64,000 nucleotides of DNA from positions 20,584,001 to 20,648,000 of the forward strand of contig JBHGNT010000008.1 of assembly GCA_043228905.1 (NCBI GenBank), in the 5' to 3' direction. Positions 1-12,002 of this stretch are shown piece after piece; positions within the stretch are counted from its first letter, which is position 1, and the number at the start of each line of letters is the position of its first letter. This DNA comes from Azolla caroliniana (lineage: Eukaryota > Plantae > Polypodiophyta). Under the pieces are notes generated by a model, which made no database searches, was not told the origin of the DNA, and saw only the letters and a program-made list of their open reading frames with translations. The position numbers and the translations under genes are program-made.

Positions 1-366
1 TAGAAGAACTGTCGGCACTTCCGAAAAGACAAGGAAACAGAAGATACCGATTCAAAGTGGACACCGGACCGGAACGGTAAAGACCGGAGGGGACCAGACC
101 GGAAGGGTACGACGGCAATCGCGGCAAGTGAAGAAGAGTTGATGCTCATCACCGAGGAGAGTGAGTTGAACCTTGCCGGCGACGAGACAACGTGGGTTGT
201 CGATTCCGGAGCATCGTTCCACCTTACCCCAGACCGAAAATGCTTCTCATCCTACACAGCCAGTGATCACGGTTGTGTCCGGATGGGGAATGAAGGTACA
301 TGCCGAATTGTTGGCATAGGAGACTTGTGGTTGACAACACCAACCGGATGCAAGCTACTGTTGAAA
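1..366 (+). mobile_element. Ty1/Copia gag-protease fragment, same family as 25068-30469
   Basis: Encodes ...EEELMLITEESELNLAGDETTWVVDSGASFHLTPDRKCF, almost identical to the 28700-29060 region of the full element. Truncated at about 366. Confidence 0.85.
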
Positions 367-1315
367 CTTGCATGCCTTGTTCCACAATCTGGCCGATTGA
401 GACCCGATTCTTCATTATAGTTGGAACATGCAAGACATAATTTCTTGATGTAGGTCTAATTGCCCTCTTTGCCGAATGGGACATTTCCGATATGCTGAAT
501 GGGGTGAATTGTGTCATCCCCTATCTCCACATAGTCTGGTCATTCGGGTTTTCGCAATTCTCAAAACCAATCTTCATGAGACGTCATGTGATTGGATGCA
601 CCCGAATTGACAAACCATACATTTTCTAAGTTGGAGGTTATTGTCAAGCATGATCTTGTCATCGAATTCTCTCTATGTTGCATCATGAACATTCCACCAT
701 GATCGTCGTAGTCAGAGTTTGAGGAGTAGTTGGTGAGTTGTCAGCTTCTAGTTGCCGGCTCACTCTTCTTCTTGCGACACTTTGCCTCGTGCTGGCCGAA
801 TTTACCACAGTATTCGCACTAGACGGAAGATTTTTGTCGGCTTGGTTCGGCATGATTGCCTCCCCTTTTGCTAGACACTCTGCCTCCCGCATTTGAAACG
901 TCTTGTCAATAGTAGAAGCTGTGTTCTCGAGGTTGTTCTTGGTTATGTCAGCCTTGGTTGAATCATCCTTTTCTTCCACAACCTTGTCCTATTCCTCCAT
1001 CAAAATTCGAAAATTGAGCATGTATCATTCTTGCACATTGCTTCATGTCCGAACATGATTTTCTTTGACCAGTAGCATCAATTAGAGATCGAAGGAGGGA
1101 GGATTCTCCCTTGCAAGGATTGCCGACTGTATGGCACCGAACTGAGGTGCTAGGCCTCTCGGGCATATCTACACCATTTCATCGTCGTCAATGTTAACAT
1201 TGATTTACTTGAGGGAGTCGCACAACTCCTTGATATTCAAGGTGTAGTTGTTGATTGACATGTCCCCCTGTTGTATGTTGTTAAACTCTTGATGGACTTG
1301 AAGCTTTCTTGCGGT
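367..1315 (-). mobile_element. Degenerate Ty1/Copia gag-protease fragment, related to 55879-59929
   Basis: Minus-strand sequence parallels 58000-59000 (WFVNSGASNHM protease motif, TPFSISEMSHSAK-like segment) and has many stops and frameshifts. Confidence 0.75.
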
Positions 1316-1579
1316 TGTAACGGGAGAGAGAGAGAGGTAAGACAACCAACCGTTACGAGGAGGACGAGAGAGGTGTTTATGTAGTCACCTTCTCTCTATA
1401 TTCTCTTTCTACAACCACCACTTACTAAAGAGGTGGAGTCTTAACTACACTAAATATGTGTCATAGAACTTTAAGGTTCTATGACACACTAGTTACTATA
1501 TTAGGAGGTGGGGTGTTCACACACTTGAATATGCTAAGGTGTGTTCCCACAGTAGGGAAGTTGAGTTTGATTCGTAACA
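1316..1579 (-). mobile_element. LTR remnant, related to the 63451-63828 LTR family
   Basis: TGTAAC...GATTCGTAACA termini. Shares the gtcatagaa..ttctatgacac palindrome and the gtgttcacacact motif with the 63451 LTR in reverse orientation. No TSD visible. Confidence 0.55.
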
Positions 1580-1590
1580 ATTATATTACT

Positions 1591-2082
1591 TGTTGTTAAA
1601 GCTAGATCCTAATGTAAGCATGAGATAAGGATATAATAGATAGAAAAACAAGAGAGGAGGGAGAAGGAAGGTTTTCGTTCCACCTGACCACCCCCGAGAA
1701 GAAGGATCGAGATGGACTCGAGCCTCGATTGGTGCCCATACCACCGTCGTGACATCGAGTCGTACCTGGTACTAGCACACTTGCTACAAGTGTTTTATCC
1801 ACCACAAGGATAGAGTCTCGACGTAGTCAAGAGATGTCAAATGAGGGTAGCTAGGCTCCATATTTATAGCCAGACCTAAGGCCCCTAGGCAAGTTCACAA
1901 TTGGCCTTAATGGGTTGTCTCAATCCCAAGGATTAAAAGTAATCCTTCCCTTCCTTACACTCTTGTTTAAAAGTAATCCTTCCCTTCCTTACACTCTTGT
2001 TTAACCTGCACACTTTATCCATGTGTATAGAATACTACTGTACAATCTTACCATGGGATATTATATGGCCATGCTCGTAACG
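1591..2082. mobile_element. Possible LTR remnant with a ~38-bp internal tandem duplication
   Basis: Starts TGTTG and ends ...CGTAAC(g). The block ttaaaagtaatccttcccttccttacactcttgtttaa occurs twice at about 1934-2003. Confidence 0.35.
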
Positions 2083-2149
2083 CTGGCCATTGTTGTCATC
2101 GACAAAGAAGGCTTTACATTTTGTTTTTCAACCTCTTCAATATTTGTTG

Positions 2150-3369
2150 TGGAAGAAGAGGGATAAGATGGGAATCACTTGGGTTGCATGAAATCATCTA
2201 GCAACCCCTAATCGCTTGGGGGGAGCTGGAATATTGAACTTATCTATGCATATGAAGGCTCATAGATTTTCATTATTACAAGACATGTGTTCAAACTCAC
2301 AACCATGGATATCTATTGTTCAATATTTCATTGAGAACAAAGGTTTAACACATGGGAGGACAACGATTAAGGCTTCATGGTGGCAATTATTGAATGGATG
2401 TATTTCACTTAGGATTCCGTGCACTTCATGTGTTCAACACTTGGTTACCTCATGGCAAGAAGCACTCTTGTTATGTGTATGGAAACCATCATCTAGTAGA
2501 GAGCATTGTAATTCTTCGCAAAAAGAGCCAGGAAAGGAGAGATTGCACTCTCAATTTAATCATTTGTTTCGTTTGGGGGTAAAAAAGATAGGAGATATAG
2601 TTGAGGCTCCATCTCAAAGAATTTTTGAGTTTGTTGAAGCGCAACAATTATTACACATCCCGCCTAAATATGGGTTTATTTGGCAACAACTACAAAATAT
2701 TGCATTGATGCAAGGTCCCTTACCTCCACAAACAGGAGAACAACTCTGGATTGATTGGTGTTTACAAGGTCAAACATCGTTGTTACAAGTGACTACTAAT
2801 CTTTTGTATCATTGCTCTCTTGAGTCTCTTGGATGATTATCATCTAAGGCTAAAGAAGAATGGAAAATACGCAAATATGATCATGGGTGGTGGCAAATCT
2901 TACAATGTAGTTGGCATTCTAAATTGCCACTTGTAGCCAAGTTCTTCATTTGTAGAGTTTTGATTGGAGGATTGCCTTTGGGATTAACTCTAAAGCGTCG
3001 TGGACTAGCAATGGGTAATTGCTTCTTTTGCATTGTTCAAATGGAAGATAATACTCATCGATTTATACAATGTCTGATTGCTTGTCAGATTTGGAGTTAC
3101 ATTTCTCAAATTTGGCAAGTTTAATCACGGAGTTATTTGACACATAGACAATGGTTGTTTGCAATTTACACAGGTTTGACCCAAAATCAGAGATGGAGCT
3201 CATTTTTCTATGTTTGAGATATTGGGGATTGCATCATAATTGGAACATGCGCAATGCTTTTGTATTCGATGATAGATATGGAGTGAAAGCATATCTACGA
3301 AAGTTGAAGGGAGTATTGATGTGGCAATTTTCCTTATTGGAGCAAGTGGAAATTCTTTCCTTAGTGGAG
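2150..3369 (+). mobile_element. L1-like LINE ORF2 3' part (post-RT region and zf-RVT), degraded
   Basis: GGAGILNL motif; KFFICRVLIGGLP...CFFC..EDNTHRFIQC (CCHC zf-RVT-like); LHHNWNMRNAFVF motif. Confidence 0.8.
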
Positions 3370-3858
3370 TGTGAGGGGAAAAGCGCTCGGCCACAACCGA
3401 ATCTTAATCACTCAATGGAAGAATACAGAAAATTACAAATAAGATAGACACAGGATGTTAACGTGGAAAACCCTAATAAGGGAAAAACCACAGGAGCCCA
3501 CAGACTCCAACTATAACTATGAGAGGAGGATACACTGCGAGACTCACAGGCAACGACCTCGAGCTCTAGCTTCGCCAACTCGCGGTTACAACAGAAAACC
3601 TTTCTATATCTCAGACTCTCTCTCTCTCAAGTTCTCTCTATGTCTATACTACAATAATGACAACAACCCCCTTCAAAGTGATTGCCCTAAGTCATATTTA
3701 CATTTATATGACTTTAGGACTATTTACAAATATGGCCATGACAAGCACCCTAGAAACATATTTACAGATATGTCCCTGGATCCGATTCACACCGGATTCA
3801 TCCGATCTAGTTTTCGGTTCTCATCCGGATCCCATCCGGAGGGTCCGAATTCGCAACA
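3370..3858 (-). mobile_element. Copia 3' LTR (relative of the 25068 family)
   Basis: TG...CA termini; shares cgctcggccacaaccga, cgtggaaaaccc and gccctaagtcatattta with the 25068 LTR; followed by the reverse-complement PPT agcttccccttc. Confidence 0.8.
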
Positions 3859-3867
3859 AGCTTCCCC

Positions 3868-4535
3868 TTCATTCCAGCATGGGATGTCTTGTCAATCTGA
3901 TCCATCTCCTGCACGTGTCCAGCTTGTCGACTGACAACACCTTGGTCAACATGTACAACCCGTTCTCCTCTGTGTGGATCTTCAACAGTACGAGTCTTGA
4001 CCTTCCACTCTCTCCCAGAACCAATGGTATCTACATTGGATGTGCTTCGTCTTGCAATGGTACGCCGTGTTCTTTGCAAGGTGGATGACACTTTGACTAT
4101 CACAATAGAGCAGGAATTCCTCCTGTCGGATCCCTAGCTCGCCGATGACTTCCTTCATCCAAATTACTTCCTTGCCGGCTTCCATGGCTTCCATGTACTC
4201 CACTTCCGTTGTCGATAGTGCAACGGACTTTTCCAGCCTCGACTGCCACGATATGGCTCCCCCTGTATATGTCATGACATATCCGGATGTAGACCGGCTG
4301 GTATCCGCATCAGCCGACATATCCGAATCTGTGAATCCTTCCAATAGGGGGTTATCGGTGCCTTTCAAGTACCAGAGTATCCAGTTGACGACAATCCAAT
4401 TTTCTCTTCCCGAATTGCTCATGAACCGGCTGACGACTCCGATAGCATATCCGATATCCGTCCGGGTACACACCATTCCATACATCAAGCTTCTAACGGT
4501 AGAGGTGTATGGTATCTTCATTATCTCCGAGTTCG
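3868..4535 (-). mobile_element. Copia RT C-terminus / RNase H fragment
   Basis: IPYTSTVRSLMY, GFTDSDMSAD, SRSTSGY, ISWQSRLEKSVALSTTEVEY, YCDSQSVIHLAKN, KTKHI. Confidence 0.9.
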
Positions 4536-5775
4536 TTCCCCAAATTTTAGCACATGCATGCACTTTCTCTTGCATTTTGAGAAATTGTTGAGTAACTTCC
4601 CATATTCTTGTCTTTCTTTGAATAAGCCTTTTTTACTCATACAAATCCTTTGGTAATTTTCCTTATCCTTAACCACATCCGAAATCATAAGGCGCTTTCA
4701 AGCTTCATGACATTCTTTATCAAACCATTTTTTCTTTGAACTACATTTCTTGATGCATTTCCAAGATGTGTGTTTGGTCGAAAAACATTCGTTTGCAGAT
4801 GAGAGAATGACTTTCTTAAAAGCTTCCCATTTGCATTCTAGTGTGGCACCATGTTGTATCTTTGTCATTTGTAACATATCATCAACCATCTTGGAGTACA
4901 TGGGCGCTCGCTTAAGGTTCATCCTCAAGTGGGGTTGTTTATTATCTTCAATTCCCTTCCCACAATCAAACCTATGCATACATTTGAGGTCAATACATAA
5001 AGCCCTATGATCAGATTCTAGTGTCCATTCACCAAGTGAGAACTTATGTATACGATCCAAAATACCTTTAGAAAGTAGCTCATAGTCAATTACACTATTT
5101 CCATTGTGTTTTTTACATGTAAAACCATTAGTGTTGGGCCATAAGGAGACACCATTTGCAAATAAGTAATTCAGTACTATTGCACATTTGTAGGAGTAAT
5201 TTCCCAAATTGGTCTGGATCTTTTTTATTGCGGGAAGAGCGACTATAAATTTGTATATCCTCTTGCATCCTTGAGATATGTGGCATGAAAGATTGTTGTC
5301 ATCAAGTTGGAAACTTCTTGTATGGGCGTTCATGTCATTAAAGACAATAACTTCCCCTTTGGATTTGAAATAAGCAATATCATCTTCTAGATTGACAAAA
5401 GGTTGACCTTTATCCAAACTAGCACAAAAGTTAGAATCTTGATGAGGAATGTAACAACCAACTACAAAAGTGGGCAACCCATTCTATTTTGAGCCATATG
5501 TAGCATTTATGTTCATCATTTTTTACGATTGGCACATATTTCTCTATTTCCTTCTTAATCAAATATGTCAACCCTCCTTGTCCTCTTCACCAAGAAGTGT
5601 GATATCTGAGTCATCGGTGAACTCCTCTATGCCAAATCCCGCATTCCATGGGTATCCATTGCAATTTGAAAAGCATAACTGTAAAAGACGTGGGTTAGTC
5701 TCATAGGTCACATGTCCCTATTTGCCTACGTTTCCATCTTTAGGCACATCCTTAACTTTATTCTTCATTATAAAA
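4536..5775 (-). mobile_element. RTE-X-like LINE fragment (APE endonuclease region), same family as 43824-53820
   Basis: GCYIPH, (G)DMNA, GNSVIDY, SDHRAL and KWFDKEC motifs; reverse complement of about 45640-47110. Confidence 0.85.
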
Positions 5776-6664
5776 CCTAAAACTAATATAAGCATGGTCG
5801 ATGGCAAACTAGTTTCGCTCCAAAGGAGCTCATCAGTGCACATGACCATATAGGAGTGGAGAGGTGTATATAGGAAGGGGTAAGGTAGAGAGAGAGTGCG
5901 TGAGTGTGAGAGAGGGTTTTAAATGTAATGTGGAGTTAGGGGGGGTAATGCATAGTAGTGGGGAGTAAGAGATTTGATGGGGATCTTCAAGAAAAGAGTG
6001 GTGGTTTGAAAGCATGAATTTTGAAGTAAGGGGGAAGGGATAGGGTAAATTTTAAAAAAAGAAGAAGAGAGGGAGGTCATGTTGAAATTTAGAAAAAGAA
6101 GGGGGGAGGGGTAAGAAGTAAATATAAAAATAAAATAAGGTTGCATGAGTTTATTAGAAGAAAGAAAGAGGGATGGGTAAAATAGGAATTAAGAGAAAGG
6201 AGGGGTGGGAAATATAAGGCGGGGAGGGTAGAGTGACATTAGTGAAAGAGGTAGGGGTAGAGTGGAGTTAGAAAAAAGAGAGGGAGTGGTATAGTGAGAA
6301 ATTTGTTAAAGTGAAAAAGAGATAGGAGTGAGAATTACGAGGTAGGGGTATAGTGAGAAATGGTGAAAAGATGGAGGGGTAAAGTAAAATAAATTTTAGA
6401 AGAGAGGAAGGAAGAGTATAAATTAAACTAAGTTTTAAGGGGGGAGTGAATTTAGAAGTCGAGAAAAAATTAGAAGGAAAGGGGGGTGGGTAAGTTGAAA
6501 TTTTGAAAAAGGATGGAGGGGTATGAAACCAAATTTTTGAAAAAAAGGGGGAGGCGTGGAGTGGAAATTAGAGTGTGGGAGGGGTAGAAGAAAAGAGGGG
6601 GGAGGGGTTGAAAACTATTTTTAAGAGAGAAGGGAAGAGGGGTAGAATATGGAAATTAAAAATA

Positions 6665-6977
6665 GGGAAAAGTACTAGGATACCCTTGGAAATTCGACTA
6701 TTTACCAGAATGCCCCTGGAAGTTCCAAATTTACCAAACTACCCCTATGTCCAAAAAATTACACTTTATAAAGTAATTATACACTCAAATCTTTGGTAAA
6801 TAGGGCTAGTTTGGGTCCATTTCTTCCATCTTTGATAAATAGGGCTTATAGATTTGAGTGTATAATTACTTTATATAGTGTAATTTTTTGGACATAGGGG
6901 TAGTTTGGTAAATTTGGAACTTCCAGGGGCATTCTAGTAAATAGATGAACTTCCAAGGGTATCCTGGTACTTTTCCC
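6665..6977. mobile_element. Mutator (MULE)-type MITE
   Basis: About 127-bp near-perfect TIRs (gggaaaagtac...caaatct / agatttg...gtacttttccc), about 58-bp spacer, and a degenerate 9-bp TSD ttaaaaata / ttagaatta. Confidence 0.85.
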
Positions 6978-7509
6978 TTAGAATTAATGGGGGAAGGGTA
7001 GTAAGAGAGGGAGGGGTAGAATAAAAAGGAAGAGAGAGGGGTAGAGAAACAACAATAACAACAATAATAATAAGTAACGTGAAAAAAGAGAGTGGGGAGG
7101 AATAGATTATAAGAGGGGAAGGAATAAAATTATTAGAAAAAAGAGGGGTAGATTGGAAAATAAAGTGAAGGGGGGCAAGGGTAGAGTGAGATTTAGAGGA
7201 AGGGAGGAGGTGTAGAATAAGATGGAAAGGGAGGGGGGGTAGGAAAAATTTGGAAATTAGGGGGGAATTAGTAAAAGAGGGAGGGGTATAGTGTAAAAAG
7301 GGAAAAGTAGCGAGAATGAAGCTTTAAAGAGGGAGGGCTAGAGTGAGATTTAGAAATGAAAGTGGGATAGGTAGAGTGAAATTTAAAAACAAAAAAGGTG
7401 AAAAGATGAAAGAGGAGATGGGAGATGGGAGGGGTAGAGTGAAAATTATCTAAAAGGGGTATTTTAACAATTTTGTAGAAAAAAAGGAGAAGGGGAGTGA
7501 TATGGGGTG

Positions 7510-7655
7510 TGTGTATATGCCAGCTACAACATGTAGTCCCAAGCATTATGCTAAGAGAAGGGGGCAGGTATGCACGGTTACCACATGTAGTCCCGAGCAT
7601 TATGCTAAGATAAACGGGCGAGTATGTACAACTACCACATGTAGTCTCGTGCTAA
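7510..7655 (+). repeat. ~54-bp tandem repeat, about 3 copies
   Basis: Unit core cacatgtagtcccgagcattatgctaaga repeated near the foldback centre. Confidence 0.75.
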
Positions 7656-8172
7656 TAAAACAAAGGAGAGATAGAAGGGGCAAGTCATGGATGTCAGTGT
7701 AGCATGTTGAGAGGGTGGGAGAAAATCATTCTCACCATCGCAAATGCCCCCCTTCCTTTCTCTAGAATTTCACTCATACCCTCCCTCCTTTTTTGTTATT
7801 ATCACCCTACCCCTCCCCCTTCATTTTTCTAGAATTTCACTCATACCCCACCCTCCTCTTTTCCAACAATCAGTCTACCCCTCCCTCTTTTATTAATTTT
7901 ATTCTACCCCTGCCTATTTTCTTCTAAATCTCACTCTACCCATCCCTCCTTTACTTTAATTTTAATTTCCATTCTAACCCTCACATTTCTCTAAATTTTA
8001 CTCCGCACGCCTTCCCCTCTTCTTATTTCTAAATTTCAACCTACCCTTTCCACTTACTTCTAAATTCATGCTTTCTACCCCTCCCCTCTCACGGCCCCCC
8101 TCCTTTTTCCAAATATCTCCATAAAATCTTCTACTCCCCACTACTATCATCATGTTCCTTAACTCCCACATT

Positions 8173-8215
<43 letters not shown>

Positions 8216-8447
8216 GACACACACCCTCCTTTTTTCAAATAACTCTATTAAATCTTTTACTCCCCACCATACCCATCACCCTCCCTAACTCCCATATCAT
8301 ATATTTAACCCCCCCCCCCCCCCCCCTTGTCACCCACCAATTGCTTACCGTCCGCACTCTTTGTATATATCTATATATATATCTCTCATCTTTGTATATG
8401 TATCTCTCTCTCTCTCTCTCTCTTTTGTATATATCTTCTTCTTTTTT

Positions 8448-8791
8448 TGGTAAAATCACACAATTATATTAATTGCATGTAAAAAAACCGCTATTACAAC
8501 TTGTAAGTCAACTTTACATATCTACATAGAGAGATACATATTCATATCATTACAAACCATGAATATGTCTCTCCACATCCCCTAACCTTTCTTATCAGAG
8601 CAAATGACGAATGTGATGTCCAACTAACTTACATACTTGTCTAACTTCATGATTGAATATGCTTCTCCAACAATGAAAATTGCCATAAAAGGAACCCCTT
8701 CAATCTCAACACATAACAATGTACTCCCCTTTGTTCATCAAATATAAAAGCATTTCGCATATGCCAAATAAACCAAAGCCCATAATACCTC
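8448..8791 (-). mobile_element. 5'-truncated L1-like LINE insertion (3' end)
   Basis: Encodes YYGLWFIWHMRNAFIFDEQRGV...LLWQFSLLE, homologous to 3220-3350. Has a 15-bp TSD atcttcttctttttt at 8433-8447 and 8792-8806. Confidence 0.8.
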
Positions 8792-11014
8792 ATCTTCTTC
8801 TTTTTTATGTATCTCTCTCCCCCCCCCCCCCCCGCCCCCACTTACCTTTATAGTCTTTAACTCTCCCTCACCGATTTTATGCCGCCCATACTCCTTACAT
8901 CGACCTCACAGTCATAAACACATAATTGAAAATCGCAAGTGGTAAGCATTTTTTGTTCAAGCTTCCCATGAAGGATTTATTCACCCACCAAATAATGGAA
9001 AATTAAAGAAATTGGGCAACACAATGAAACTTTGTGTTCAAGATATTGATGATCCATTGTACATTATCTTGAGGGCATCCCATTGAATGTGTATGGAGGC
9101 TTGGGTTTCATTACCTTTTAAGAACCATAGTACATATAATGGCCAAAAAAGACTATTAGTCTTGAGTTGAATTGCATGCTAATCATAATTGAAGTGTTGT
9201 GTTGGTTGCAACACAGGAGATTGGGAGACCATAAGTTTAAGTGCTTTATCTCCAATGCCTATTCATGAGAACGTTGTGTGATGAATGGTTATGGGTAGTA
9301 TAGAGATGACGTTGTGCCCTTGAAATTGGGCCCTTTTGATGTAACAAATATACTTGATAAAAAAGTTTGGATATTTTTTGGGAATGCATGTTATGTACAT
9401 TACTTATGTGTTTTCTATAGCCTAAGGTCAAGGATGCGTTGCATTATGTATATGTGAATGAATTTTAATATATCTTTATAAGTATGTGCACACACCTTGT
9501 GCTCACGAAAACATACCATTTGCAAGTCTATGTATTATTGACAATGGAAGAAATAAACACTCCAAAATAGAGAATAATGACAATGTGGAAGACTTAAATT
9601 TATAATTTACATTCACAATGTTACACTAGTAAAATTCTAAATTCTAAATTCTAAATATATAAACAGGATTATGTAGTGATAAAGCTTTCCCTATACTAAG
9701 CAATTATGGTGAATTTAAGCAAACACACGCCTTTGATGGAATTATTAATGTGTTCGGATCCTGCTTATCCAGGCATGATTTCCCAAATTGAGGTTATTTC
9801 ATATTTCCTAAGATGTAATTTATAATAATTCTAAGAGGGCTACAAAACAAAAAGTTGGTCAAGAAGTCAAAACAAAATGTAGAAAAAGAAGGTGCATAGG
9901 AGCATGTAATTTTCTTTCATAGTTTTAAAAGTGTTATTAAACAAATAGGAAACCAACAAGGCCACACCGTTTTTTCTTTGGCATCTATAAGAGGTGGACA
10001 ACATATATATGATGGTCGAATGAGTCAAATAAAAAGGTGGTCTTTCTAGGCCGTACAAGCATGAAGCAATTGAATAAGAGGAGAAAATATACAAAAACTC
10101 ATACAATAGATATATGGACATTTAACAACAAAATGTGAATATGTGAATAAATAAATCTTAATACCTCTTTTCAATTCGCGCCCACCTAGATTGTACATGA
10201 AAACGTGGTGTTTGTGTGCCTTTGTGTGTGAATAGTAATAAAAGAAACAAACTACCCATATTATGAAAAAAGAACAATAAAAACATGAAAATATTGTGTT
10301 TATAATTTGCATTCAATTTCACAATGGTACATTACTAAAATTTGAAATTAAGGTAAATAAACATAATGGTATAATGATAAAGCTTAACCTATTTTGAGGA
10401 AATGTAGTGAAGTTAAGCAAAAAGCATGCCATTATGAAATTATTGATGCCAACTTGGCATTGCCAAGTAAAAAGATAATTATGCAAACCTTGCATATGCA
10501 ACAATGATTCCCAAAGTTGAGATTTGTTTCATATTTCCATGCCTAATATTTAATCTTCACCCGACATTTGGCTTATCACTATTGAGATCAAATAAAGTTG
10601 AGGAACAAAGGAGAAACTTTGCTTTTCAAATGGGCCATACAATTCAACAAAAAGAGCTTAGGAGTATTGAATTCCTTTGAAACTTTGGAGAGAGCTTCGA
10701 ACCTAAAAGTTTGGATAGAGAAACATGGTTGCTTTGGTCATGCATCGTTGGTAGAGTCAAATTACAAGCATGAGAGGATTGGCATGTTTTATTTTCACAC
10801 TCGACTCATGAGAATAACGATGCCAACACTTTACATACATTTAGAGATACATCGAGTGCACCATAGAGGTACATGTAGAGATAAAAAGAGATGATAATTG
10901 CGAGGATCTTTTGTGGAAAGAGCGACAACGACCGAGTGGAAAAAATAATATTCACAAGAAAACCCATGAGGACTTACCTTGACCTTGAGTAGTTGCCTAC
11001 ACTACTCACTGCAC

Positions 11015-11020
11015 TATAAA
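11015..11020 (+). promoter_or_regulatory. Putative TATA box of chitinase copy 1
   Basis: TATAAA about 195 bp upstream of the ATG. The paralogous position in copy 2 (about 32824) reads TCTAAA. Confidence 0.5.
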
Positions 11021-11030
11021 TGTGCATATA

Positions 11031-11180
11031 GTGAGAGGCTTAACTCACAACACAAGCTTACACACACTATCACACACACAATCATATTATGAGAGCCTAA
11101 CTCACAACACAAGCTTACACACTATCATATTGCGAGAGTCTAACTCACAAGTAACCACACAAGCTTACACACACTATCAT
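11031..11180 (+). repeat. Triplicated ~55-60-bp unit in the chitinase 1 5' region
   Basis: gagag(g/c/t)ctaactcacaa..cacaagcttacacac(ac)tatca occurs three times; single copy in paralog 2 (32842-32882). Confidence 0.85.
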
Positions 11181-11211
11181 TGTTTTAAACATATTCACTC
11201 TTGTGAATTCC

Positions 11212-12002
11212 ATGGAGCACCAGAAGAAGAGACACGGGTTCGCGGCCGCCTTAGTGCTTGCGGCTCTGCTCGTGTACGGCGTGCTCGCCTGTCATGCCCA
11301 GCAGAATAATGGTGATGTCTCGTCCATTATCACGAGGGACATCTTCAATCAGTTCCTTCCGCAACGTCATTCCCCGGCGGCCAATGGCGTCTACACTTAC
11401 CCCATGTTCATCGAGGCGGCAAATGCATTTGGCGGCTTCGGAACCACGGGGACCGATCACACCCGAAGACATGAGCTTGCGGCATTCTTCGCCCATGTGG
11501 CTCACGAGACGGGATGTATGTAATCCTTTCATATAATCTTCTAGTTCTTTCTTTACACATCAAATTTTGTGTTTCTCGTGTCTAACAAAGTGTGCTACCA
11601 CCACCAGATGGGGCATACACGGAAGAGATTGAGAAGGCTAAGTATTGCCAAGGAGAGCCATGTGACCCTAACCAAGAATACTATGGCCGCGGCCCACTCC
11701 AGCTGACATGGAACTACAACTACCTTGCGGCCGGAAGAGACCTTGGTTTCGATGGAATCCATAATCCCGGGGTTGTCGCGACCAACCCCCACATCTCATT
11801 CAAGACTGCGGTGTGGTTCTGGATGACACAGTCGACCCTCACGTGTCATGATGCCATGGTGACCCATCAAGGGTTCGGCGCCACAATCAACGCCATCAAT
11901 GGCATGGAGTGTGGACAGAATGTTCAAAACATCCGCATCGATATCTACAAGCATTACTGCAACATCCTCGGTGTACAGGCTACTAAGAATCTCTCTTGTT
12001 AA
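11212..12002 (+). CDS. Secreted GH19 chitinase, loopless type without chitin-binding domain; exons 11212-11515 and 11608-12002, 232 aa
   Basis: Hydrophobic signal peptide; ELAAFFAHVAHETG, YTEE, YYGRGPLQLTWNYNY, SFKTAVWFW, GFGATINAING.EC, NLSC*. The 92-bp phase-1 intron GTATGT...CTAAC...CAG joins both ORFs in frame. Confidence 0.95.

Larger units (their letters stand above)
5840..8890. repeat. Degenerate foldback-like low-complexity element (purine-rich left arm, pyrimidine-rich right arm)
   Basis: Composition flips at about 7730. The block 5926-5998 (taatgtggagttagg...tagtagtggggagtaagagatttgatgg) matches the reverse complement of about 8100-8175. Confidence 0.6.

Noticed and set aside
7510-7655. 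CRISPR-like repeat-spacer array
   Set aside because: Only about three degenerate units with similar intervening sequence, in a eukaryotic context with no cas genes.
11212-12002. Recent bacterial horizontal transfer of the chitinase
   Set aside because: It has a spliceosomal intron, a plant-type signal peptide and NLSC terminus; short GH19 enzymes are already known in non-seed plants.
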